64,000 nucleotides of DNA from Zygnema circumcarinatum SAG 698-1b. Lineage: Eukaryota > Plantae > Zygnematophyceae. Below are positions 22,634 to 32,913 of the stretch, piece after piece. A program made the position numbers and the translations under genes. The notes under the pieces were generated by a model that was not told where the DNA came from, did no database searches, and saw nothing but the letters and a program-made list of their open reading frames with translations. The stretch is taken from assembly GCA_037447605.1 (NCBI GenBank), contig CM074809.1, positions 2,470,689 to 2,534,688 of the forward strand. Reading direction: 5' to 3'. Positions within the stretch are counted from its first letter, which is position 1. Each line of letters begins with the position of its first letter.

Positions 22634-25456
22634 TCACTTGAGCTGCTGTAGAATCCTAACAGCCATTGTCGGACCTCCATCGCCTGCTCGGACAATCTCA
22701 CATATGCTAGAAAGACCTGCGCATGGACAAGCACGCCAAGCTCGGAAGACGCAAAAAAACACTTAGTTAGCCATGGCAGCATAACGATGGCTACTTGAAT
22801 CATTACAGAACTGTTTTCGTTTGAATCCTATTCAAGCCTCGTCGTCTGAATAGTCTTCAATTCGCATCAAGGACAGCTCGTGTTCCTTTCCACACACCTT
22901 CGTTCGGCTGCAAGTTTGTGCAAACCGCAGCTCCGTACTTTGCGCATTTGCCTCTGCATAGTAGCAAGGTAGAGACAACAAAGCGAACGGCTTACTTGGT
23001 CGTGCGATAAACCTTAGCAATTATGATTTTTGAAGATAAACAGGTTGATGTTCATTCACATTCTGACCAAATCCAATATCATACTGTCTAATGGGCAGCG
23101 CGTGAATGCACGGCACATAGATGAGTGTATGCTTACCTCGGCTTCCAGTCGCCAGCATTTCCAACCCACCCTTTTGTGTTAAAAATACCTGCAAAAGAAA
23201 TGGGCGAACACGCATTATGTAAACATGAAGCGAGTTCCGAAAAAACTGTTTAGATGCACTCGGAATTAGGAGTATGGGAGAGAACAGGGAGCAGAGTTAC
23301 CTCTTGTTTCTGGAGAGGAAATATTATGCGCATCGAAAATGCCTCCGATGGCTTGATCAGAATGGAATGGCGTCTCATGGCTTCCCAAAGTAGCATAGGT
23401 CCACGATCCATCCTTCCAACCATCCATGAAATAGAGCTCCCACTGTCGGGCATCAATCACCTGCATAGTGCCTGCAAAAGCAAACAAGGAGGAGATTCAG
23501 CGACTATCTGCTCTGTCTGCCTCGGCCACAGTAAAATGAATAAGTAACGCTTAAGTTGGCTCGATAAAAAACAGCAAGACACTATTCACATGACTTTCTC
23601 ACCTTCACAACTGCTCAGATTGCAGATTGGACAGCGGACTAAATGCAAATCTGCACCAAAAACCTCACCAGAATCAAAAGCTGTACAAAACAGTAGATTC
23701 TGACGGACAAGTGTCCGTGCATCTTGATGGACCTTTCACGGTCCCCTTGATTCATATTGTTCTCAAAAAAAAAAAAAAAAACCATAATCGATAAACTATA
23801 CGACTGTTTGATTATGCCCTCCCTGGTCGTTTTGCATTGTCCTGCTGTCTCGTCCCCTCCCACCCAGGCTCTTTTTAGTTGCACAGCTGCATAAGTTAAT
23901 GTCACGCTCCAGAACGCAAAAAACATTTGGACGAAGCCTTGCTAAACTGCATGCTTTTCACTTACCTGCAATCCAGATTCCTGGGGCAGCACCATCAATA
24001 CTCCAACAGCTAGATGGCTCAAAGTCGCTTTTGATAGGCTGATAAACAGAACGACATAACAGAAGTCAGGCGTGAAAAATCATGTTTGTATGGAAAGGAC
24101 AACTGCATGCATGGTGAAACCAGTGTCTCTGTCATTGGTAACAGAGTTGTGCGCAGAGGTTTCTAATGCGGCAGAGCATCAATGCGCAATAGATCCCTAC
24201 TTAACCAAGAACTAGTAATATGGTGCCAGCTGTGAGGAATTTTAGGAAAGAAAGTAAATAGCAAGGATGATAGGAGTTCGCTTGCAAAGCTACCTGTGGG
24301 AGGTCACCGTCGATTGAGAAAGATGGTGATGTAGATAGCAGATCCGTTGCGAGAATCCTTCCAGAAGTGACATTGAAGGCGCCAATCCTCATCCAATCTG
24401 CATGCATGAGATGCTCTTCTCTTAAAAAATATGTGCTGATTTGAGGCTAAGGTTTGCAGTAGGCTGTGGAAGTAGTACATTCCATGGAAACGTTAAAATC
24501 TCACCAAGATGTTTGTCAGCAGATCGGGTACTGTAAGAATGAATCGGCTCTGGTTGAAGAGACGCGAACAGGTTAAAGTTAGCACCTTCACAAGCACCAG
24601 CAAGACTTTCAGGATTTTGCTCACGAGTATGCATTCACTTGAAACCGATAAATAAAATTTGGAATCAAGGACACTTTACGACTTTCAGCTGACACGCAAA
24701 CAGGATTCACGCGCTTGCATCGCCTGGCGCCTATAAGACGCTGTTAACGAACAATGGCTTTCAAGCGTTTCATTCAAAAACTATTTTTTGGCTCACAGTA
24801 ACGAAAAGTGCACAGGCACCTGCAATAGCAGCAATAAGCAGCTCCCTCCAACCGAAGCTAGGTTCAGTCGCTGGTTCGTCAACATGAAGGTTCTGCAAAG
24901 CAAGGTGCTTCCAGAGAACCTCCTCCAGGGCCAATGAATGAAAAAAATGGCTGACACTGGACATCCTGACAAGATCATCAGGATCAAGGAAGCCGAATAT
25001 TTTGATCCAGGGAATTGCAGGATTTTTTAAATCCTGATCCGCCCTGCAATGAAATCCAATGCCATACACCGGCAAATACGTCCATGCGGATGTATGTCAG
25101 TCTGCATACACGACAATAGTTTCACAATAGTCCGCTAATAGTTGCATCACATAATGTTAGATGCGGAGAAACTCAATCTTTAAATCGAGTAGTATCGCAA
25201 ACCAACGTTAGATGGTGCTAAGTGACAGTCCTTAATCCTGCAGCTTCGCAAACTCGCAGCCCTTTCGATCACCTTTCACAGAAGGCAGTTGTTTCTAGCA
25301 CCAGATTTGTTTGCTCCCGCGCTTGCACATTTAAAATATGCACAAAATAAGCATTTACCTCGTATTGTCGTGTGAAGCCTCCCTGGAGTCATCACATTTT
25401 CTACGCCACGATGAGCAATTGATGAAACTCGTAAAATACTTCACAGCCTGCTTCAT
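22634..25456 (-). CDS. F-box protein of the RMF/ZYGO1 (meiotic SCF) family
   Basis: F-box PWIKIFGFLDPDDLVRMSSVSHFF..LWK, then spliced PIHSYSTRSADKHL|DWMRIGAF, GIWIA|DLHLVRCPICNLSSCEG|TMQVIDARQWELY..GWKDGSW, GGIFD, GWVG..DWKPR, AVCTNLQPNEG, AVRILQQLK*. These match my recollection of RMF/ZYGO1 motifs. Start provisional. Confidence 0.88.
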
Positions 25457-28265
25457 ACTCAACCTTCAGCCTTCTTCTCCCTGCTGCTGCAGGCTACTTC
25501 GTCGCAGCAGGCGTTCAGACCCAGTCGTCTGCAAGCAGCTGCCGGGGTTGGGTTGCAGTAGGCCCTTCCAAAACCTCTCTCCCGCCTTTTGTAGGGAGGG
25601 AGCCGCATTCTCAGGGAAGCTTTTGAACGGCGTTTTGAATTTCAAGCACTTTTTTCCTGATCAAAAAATAACGTATACTGTACGGACGCTTTTCAGGGTC
25701 CATGCAGCCAATCAGCGCTCGAAGACTGGCCACGTAACCAAAAAAAATCGAGCTAAAACAATTAAAAATATCACATTGGGTCCATTTTCGAAACGAACGC
25801 CTTGAGCGCCAAAGTGTGCCCGTACCGCCAAAAGCTTCCGGCCCAAAGGTGGTCCTCTCTTCTTGCCGGTGCAAACACACACATCTTCCGTATGTGAAGC
25901 ACCTACACAGTCATTTTGTCGGTGACGTTTCTCGACCTATTCTTCTCATCTTTGATGTTTCTTTCAATTGTAGGACTTCCTGGATAAATCTGTTCTTCCT
26001 GTTGTTGGAGCTAATGAGGTATACTGTCAGGAAAGTTCAGGATGCACTGCAGAGGACGTGAGCCAGCTGAAGAGAGGGTCTAAGCCTATGTTGAGAGCTT
26101 CAGTTACCGAAACTGTTGCAATGCCTATAGACAGAGTCGGCTTCGTACAAGCAAAGTGTGTTTCATAGCACTGTGGGAGGATAACCAATGCCTTGGTGTT
26201 CCTTTTTTTGCTGTCTGATACCTCGACAGGACCTACTCCTTATGGATATGGCCGGACTGACGTTTGCATATTTGGATTTTTTTTTTTATATCTCTGGACG
26301 TATGCAAAAGCATGTGCTGTTTGAATGCAGAATTCGACTATACGCTGTTTGAATCCGACTAGTTGAACTCCGAGGCTTTTATGCAGTCCAAATGCCTATT
26401 CACCAGCGAGTAGCATGCAGTTCACTGTGCTCCCTTTCGTTCCATTAATCTCTCCTTTTCTAATTTCATCTCGTTTATCTGCAGCATTCTGCATCCGACT
26501 ATCTGTGCATGAGGTTAGAACTTTCGCCGTTTCTTTTTAGGCTTTCAGTTCTGCTGCCAAGCCTCATACGCTAGAAAGTGAAAAGGCGAGCTCTTTTCTG
26601 AACACTCCTGGACTCTGGAAAGCGACGACGAACCAGCAAGTTTTGGGTCCGCTGTCCTCTATGGTGAAGTCGACAGCAGATATGGCCACTGATCGTATTT
26701 GGAAATCGTTGTTTGAAAAAGCTTCATTTTTTTTTTTTGTTCGTGTTCATTGGTTACAAGTGAACGCGGTGCCATTGAGGCGTGGCACCATAGAATGGAT
26801 CCTTGGCAAGCTCCTGTGTGACTGGGTGGGAAAATTTCCCGCTTCAACATCTGTTCCTGTCGATCTTCCGAGCACAAGAGAAGCATCCTGTCGATCTTCC
26901 GAGCACAAGAGAAGCATCAGATCAGCTCGAGAAATGCAGAGTGTTCGTAATCGATATTGAATCGCATGGGTGTTTCAATTGCTTTTCCTCTCTTGTAAGG
27001 AGGAAGAAATTAAGACCGCAACAATTCTCAGAGTTGATTCGAGGGTCAATGGAAAGCTTGGTGCCATCGCTGAATACGAGGTTGCCCACTCTATCCACTC
27101 TATTACATCTAAATTAGTAATCATCATAAGTTTCCCGCGGAATTGTCCCTTGCATTTACCTATCCGTTGTTCTGAGGGATTAAGGCATTGGCACTCATTC
27201 TCGCGAGGTTTTGATACCCATATCCTACGCCATCTTCTCTACATGGGAAGGAAGTATCTACATGGGAAGGAAGTATCTGTTCACCTTTCAAAACACTGCA
27301 AACCTTCTTGACTATATTAGTAGCCACATCTGCCTTCGCCATAAATTTGACTGTTTACGCTGCAGGCCTTTCATAGATTACTCTCAGAAGGTCTGCTCAA
27401 AATATGGAAACCGAACCTCCGTGAAGGGAAATGAAGCCTCATGCAAAAAGTCTGGTGAAAAGTCCAACTGCTTTGGAATATAGGAATGCTATGCGAGGTA
27501 TCCCAGATCATCCAAGATCTCCTGTGATACTAACAGCCCTTTGCAGGCTGCAACCGGCAAAGAACTGCACACCTCGATTACTTTTCATATTGCTTATAAC
27601 ATAGATGTTCAGATTAACTTTGAGGCAAATTGCATTTTCCCAACACATACACAGCGATTCCAACGTTCAGCAATCGCATGCAAAACAACATTCATCAGCC
27701 GAGAAGGCCAAACAAAGCTTATTCGATGCTAGAAACTAAGCTTGCATACAGCAAAAAGAAATTCGAATGGGGGCAAGAAGCCAAGAAAGAAAAAAATCGA
27801 GAGGTTTCACAGCATGCCTCGTTTGAACATGTCATGGCAATTTACGACGAGGCAGAAGATATCCAAAATGAGAATCCATACACTCCGGATGAACAGCGTC
27901 CTACTCAAAACTAGCAAACCGCACCAAGGAACAACATGCTCTTAAATTTTTGAAAAATAAAATACAGCAATGTTTCCGTCTCTCTCTCGACTTCTCTCGT
28001 TCTTCAACAGCCTTTTTCCGCACACGAACATGTACATTCAGTTTTCTATTCACATCATGGACTTATCGATGCCTTCCAGAGTCTCCACCGAAATCTTTAC
28101 CCCTGCCCTATATTAAAAAAATAGAAAGGGTAAAGAAACCGTGTGCTTATCGGAAAAGCTTGACCTATCCTTATTCCTCCCCATTGCATACGTATCGGTC
28201 AAAAGAAAGAGAAGGTCAGAATCCTTCGGCACAACGCCCCCATCGCCGAGGGAAAAACCTCCACA

Positions 28266-28463
28266 TCAGTGGTGAGGTCCAGGATGCGGCTGCGGCGGGT
28301 GGGGCCCAGGATGTGGCCCCCCCTGCGGCCCCCCGGGGTGCTGCCCCTGCCCGGGGCGGTGCGGGTCGTGCTGCGGCTCGCGCGGCCCTCCCTGCGGCCC
28401 CCCCGGGTGCGGCGCGGGGCCGCCATGATGCGGGTCGTGCTGCGGCTGGTGCGGCCTCTCCAT
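28266..28463 (-). CDS. Small His/Pro/Gly/Gln-rich intronless protein (65 aa), unknown function
   Basis: MERPHQPQHDPHHGGPAPHPGGPQGGPREPQHDPHRPGQGQHPGGPQGGPHPGPHPPQPHPGPHH*. Internal duplicated unit, good GCCATGG start context, CCAAT and ABRE motifs upstream, AT-rich 3' flank. Confidence 0.6.
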   Translation of the reverse strand: MERPHQPQHDPHHGGPAPHPGGPQGGPREPQHDPHRPGQGQHPGGPQGGPHPGPHPPQPHPGPHH

Positions 28464-28639
28464 GGCTTCTGCGCTGGCTGGCAGGCAACCTTCTTCGCCC
28501 CTTCGCACTTGCAGCCGTTGCCGCGAGAGCGCCTCCCCTTCCAGAGACATCTGCTGCTCCGCGGCCTTAAAGTTCGAGCCGGGCCGGTACATGCGGTCGC
28601 CATCGAAGGAAGGGACCGCGGGAGCCAATCGCCGTCTGC

Positions 28640-28920
28640 CACGTTACCACAGGACCTGACGTGGCAAGGCGCCATTGGTCCAGCATGGCCGCGGTGCGCC
28701 CAGCGGCCCCCGCGCGACGCGGTGGAGCGGGGGCCGGGCCGGGGGGCCTCGTGGCGAGGAGCGCTGTCACTTGGCGCCACGTGGCGCCTGGACCCGTTCG
28801 GCCGCACGCGACCGCCAGCGCAGAGCGTGCCACGTCAGCAAGTGCCTGGACTGGCGAACGGCCCGGGACGAACAAACTTACGGAGCTCGTTGTAGTGCCA
28901 CTTGGCGAGGGACACGTGAC
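28640..28920 (-). promoter_or_regulatory. ABRE/G-box and CCAAT motifs upstream of the minus-strand His-rich ORF
   Basis: GACGTGGC ~28658, GCCACGTGGC ~28775, GCCACGTC ~28829, GACACGTG ~28911, CCAAT (minus strand) ~28675. Confidence 0.5.
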
Positions 28921-29088
28921 GGAATGTGTATGGCGACTCGCGCGTGCCGTGCCACGCTCTGGTTGGAGGGACAGTGGCGCGTTCACTCGTGAATAATGCG
29001 AAGGCGACGGGCACAATGCTAGTACCAAGTACAACTAAGGAATCAAAACTGAAAGTCTGGAAGAAAGGAGTTGGATAAAAAGAAAGAG

Positions 29089-29255
29089 GTCCATGCACAT
29101 TTGATGGCCTCGCCATCGTGAGTTCAATGCCATTTTCCCTGCTATTTGCATCGATCTCAAAATGGTAATGCCATTAAGCAGACAAGTTCAACACGAGGCA
29201 CCACAAGGAGCCGGTCACAAAGGACTTCAGGGCAAAAAAAGAAAACCCATGAGGT
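29089..29255. mobile_element. Two head-to-head ends of repeat family R1
   Basis: 29089-29139 reads CCATGCACATTTGATGGCCTCGCCATCGTGAGTTCAATGCCATTTTCCC (reverse copy). 29145-29255 is a degenerate forward copy including CACCACAAGGAGCCGGTCACAAAGGAC. Confidence 0.65.
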
Positions 29256-29457
29256 GACCTCTGCTTATTGGCTCGACAACACGGCCCCAGAAATAATCTG
29301 GACTGTTAGATTCTACGTAAGCATGACCTTCGATTTCGCTTCCCGATTGAACATCTAAAAATGACCACATTGGACCTTTCGGAACTATTGGCTACACGAA
29401 GGCAAACTTCTGTAGCGGTCGCTACGCCCAACATGTGGCCCGCCTTACGGCCTTACC

Positions 29458-29549
29458 GTACGGCTACGCGCTTCGGCCTTACTGTACGATATGACATACG
29501 GACGACCGTACTACATGTACGGTGAATTGTACGAATATCCGTACAGTAC
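29458..29549. promoter_or_regulatory. Dense GTAC cluster (SBP-box / copper-response-element core)
   Basis: GTAC at 29458, 29484, 29508, 29517, 29529, 29541 and 29546 (7 in 92 bp), several as CCGTAC. Confidence 0.5.
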
Positions 29550-30744
29550 GCCCATACGGCGGGCGTCCGTCAGTCCTGGCGGACGTGCAGCAACCTTTGA
29601 CGCGTGTAAGAGGCGATCCCATGACACGTGGCGCCTCGCCAGTGGCTGGCCCTGCTCCCGGTCCCTTACGCTGGTAAAGGGTTTGACGGGGGGAGCGGAG
29701 GAGCAGGGGGGAGCGGAGGGGCATGGGCGAGCGCTCGGAGCTCGCTGGAAACTAGCACACAGAGGGAAGTATGGCAAGGGGCTGAAAAGCCTCTTGTTAC
29801 AACAACAGCGTGGGCCCCGCAAGTGCGCCCTAAATGTTGAGCAGCTAATTCTAAAGTTCTGGCGCTCCAACTGTTGTAAAATTTGAACCTGACTTCCGAA
29901 AACTCATAATCCATCCATAGATCGAGCAATTCACAAATCTCAGGACATGTACATACGTAGCTCTTGTAATTAAGTTCCTTTTTCACCTTCTCTCTACACC
30001 ATTCATTAGTTATTTTTTCCTCCCGTGGTTCCTTTTGCCACCCGAGCCCCTGTTTTCATCCACCCCGCATTTCTCACTTCCCAGTCCCTCCCTGGCCGTG
30101 GATCCTTCTCCCTCCCCGCGCTCCCTCCCTCCCTCCCTCCCTCCCTCTCATCCGCGGCCTCTGGTTCCCGGGGGGTTGGCCCGAGCCTCCCTCCCTCTGC
30201 GCCCGCTGCGGGCAAGGGCAAGTTCGCACCGCCGCCTGCCGCACGTGACGCAAGCCGTCGTCATTGCCCTGCCCCGTCTGAGCTTGCAACGCGTTGTCCC
30301 GCGCGCACGGAACATCCTATCGTATCGTACAATATCGCATTCAATGATATCGGTAGAGCCCGTACGCTCACCGTCAGTGCCGTACGGTCCCGAATCCCGC
30401 TTCCCCCGAAGGTTCTCCGCCTTGCCGAGACGTGTCGCGGACGCAAATTTCCTGCTCGACCGTTCCGCCACTCGCGTGCTGCCACGCTTGCGAGGACCTC
30501 AAACCGGCCAATCAGCGGCGGGCTGGCGCTCAATAGGAGCCACAACGCACCTTCTCCTCGCCTCTATAAGTACCGCGGGCCCGCCAGCTCTGGAGAGACT
30601 GACCTCTTATTTCGGGAGCCTTCTAGGTTTCAAGGCTCTATTCGTCTTCTAGGGCTGGTGCTCAGCTCTGCAGCAGCAACAGCAGCGCCAAAGGGAGAAT
30701 TTTACGGCGTCTTGCCTCACGTAGAGCGCGAAGGAGTCTCAGGC

Positions 30745-30960
30745 ATGGGCCATCCTCACGACCAGCATCATCACGATAATCATCACGATCATCATCATCA
30801 TCATCATCCGCATCATCCTCCTCCCCACCATCCTCCGCCGCCTGTTGTGGTATTCACACCACCGCCTCCGCCGGTGGTTGTCATCGATCCTTTCGCCATC
30901 TTTCGCCCTCACCCTCATCCACCTCCGCCCCACCATGGCCATGGCCCCCATCATCGCTAA
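30745..30960 (+). CDS. Small His/Pro-rich intronless protein (71 aa, ~24 His, ~22 Pro), unknown function
   Basis: MGHPHDQHHHDNHHDHHHHHHPHHPPPHHPPPPVVVFTPPPPPVVVIDPFAIFRPHPHPPPPHHGHGPHHR*. GGCATGG start context, TATAAG ~30565 and CCAAT ~30508 upstream. Confidence 0.65.
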   Translation: MGHPHDQHHHDNHHDHHHHHHPHHPPPHHPPPPVVVFTPPPPPVVVIDPFAIFRPHPHPPPPHHGHGPHHR

Positions 30961-32913
30961 TGGAAGGACATCGGATGGAAAAGGCAGCAATGTATATGAT
31001 GGCCATGTAGCAGTTAGGCAGTTTTTGGAGACTGGAGGTGACTGGAACTCGGTATCAGTTTTTTGTTGAACTGATGGATGAACAGTCCAGTTAGCTCTAT
31101 TTTGGAAAATAGAGGGGGGAGGAATTGTAAGGGAAGGATTTTCTCAGGCTGTTTGGTGAATGTGGCAAACAGGAGGGATTTGCTCGTCTCTATAAGGTAG
31201 AAGACCTTACTTAAAAAATACTATATAAGACAGGAAAGGCTGCTAGAATCTACCAAGCATCCTTGTTTTAGGGTGATTTGCAAAAAAAATTGTAAAATGA
31301 TTTGTAAAATGTGCTCGTTATGGGGACTTTTATGCTATTTGCTTTAGCGAGTTTAATTGTTGTACACGGTGTTCAGTCGTAGAACTGCTTTGCTGCACCT
31401 GCACCCTGCCCTGGTTTTGAATACAATAGCTATCTCGCAGTACTGCAGCACAGAAAGGAAGGAGGAACAATCGATGAGGATATCCTCATCTGAATATGTC
31501 CATCAAGATTTATGTATTTTACTTTACTCCTCAAGAACGCTCTACTACATTTGCTGCTTCCTTTTTCGTGGTTGTTGAAGTCTGTGATTTTGGTGTGTTG
31601 CGAATTGCAAATTCCTTTGGCTCGTTCAGGAAGATAACCTGCCAAAGATGATGTTGGAACGACACAAAGCCCGAGTTAACAATTGACAGAGAAGGTTTCC
31701 GAATGTACGCAGAAAAATGAAAAACCCAGATTCTCAGTCTCATTCACTTTTTTTGGCTGATTTCTTTTGGAAGGGGAGGTGTTAAAAACTGTGGCGAGTA
31801 TCCCGCACTGCTCGTCCGTGAAAAGTTTAAAACGGCAGATGGGTTCTACAGACAAGAATTAATTCTTGGTCTATTGTCTTTCGCTTTTTCCAGATTGAAC
31901 TTAGCAAATCATGCAGGTTTTCGTTGTTTGAAGATAGACGCTGCAGAGTACAAATTGTGCTTAAACAATCGACTCTAAAAAAGGTGAGAGTCTTTCTTCA
32001 TGTACTCATGTACTTCATTGCCGACTTTCACGGCTGCTTTTGGAACCGAGCTGCTATATTATGCATTCTCCCATGCCAACGTCAGGCAAAAAGTTACTAG
32101 CATGACTTACTCCCTGTTAAGGTTTTGCCATCAGTGTTGCATTTAGTCCCGACAGATCACTCACACAGGCTACAATCAGGACTGCCTTCCACTGGACATG
32201 GACAAAAAGGTCCAAGCCAAGATCAACAGTGGGTCTCCGTTCCACGAGCACTCATCAGTCAAGGACAATCTACCCCATGGCCTCGTGTTACGTTTCACAT
32301 GAAGAATTCCAGACCTATCACATACACAGTAGGAATTAGGGGAAGACTACTTGATCACAAAGTGAAAGTCATGACGGTCCACATAGTTGTATGGAATCTG
32401 TATGCCTCGTGGTTTCCAACAATGCACGAATTTGAAAATAGGGCAAAGGGTGAAGGACAATCACGGGAGGTGGACAGAGAAGACTGCCAGGCTCAGTAAC
32501 CGGTAGGATTGAATACGACAAAAAAACCCGGTAATAAACTCTTGTTACAAAACGAGCTCAGACTGCAGTTCTCCTGACTCCCATGTCAGCTAGTACACAG
32601 CTTGGCGTCATTACCTACAATCCAAACCATTGTGGTTGGAAAAGTCATATTTCTCATCTCAATTTGCTCATGATGCCTCCGCTGCGTACAGGCCTGCATC
32701 CTTTGTGAACTGCCAGATCAACTTGATCAACTTCTACGCATGAATCCGGGCAGACTTGTGCCAGCTCACAGGTAACCTTCCATCTCCAGCTAACCAATGA
32801 CCTCCTCGTCTTTTTGGTAAAAAATCGGAAAGCATCTCCCAGGTCAGCGTATAAGAAAAGGATCCCAACAATTGATATTAAAAAAAAGAAGAGGAACACT
32901 TTACGAGAAGAAT

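Noticed and set aside
30025-30744. Upstream 240 codons of the 311-aa ORF as part of the His-rich protein
   Set aside because: It starts at GTG and spans the CCAAT/TATA-like promoter; the first ATG is at 30745.
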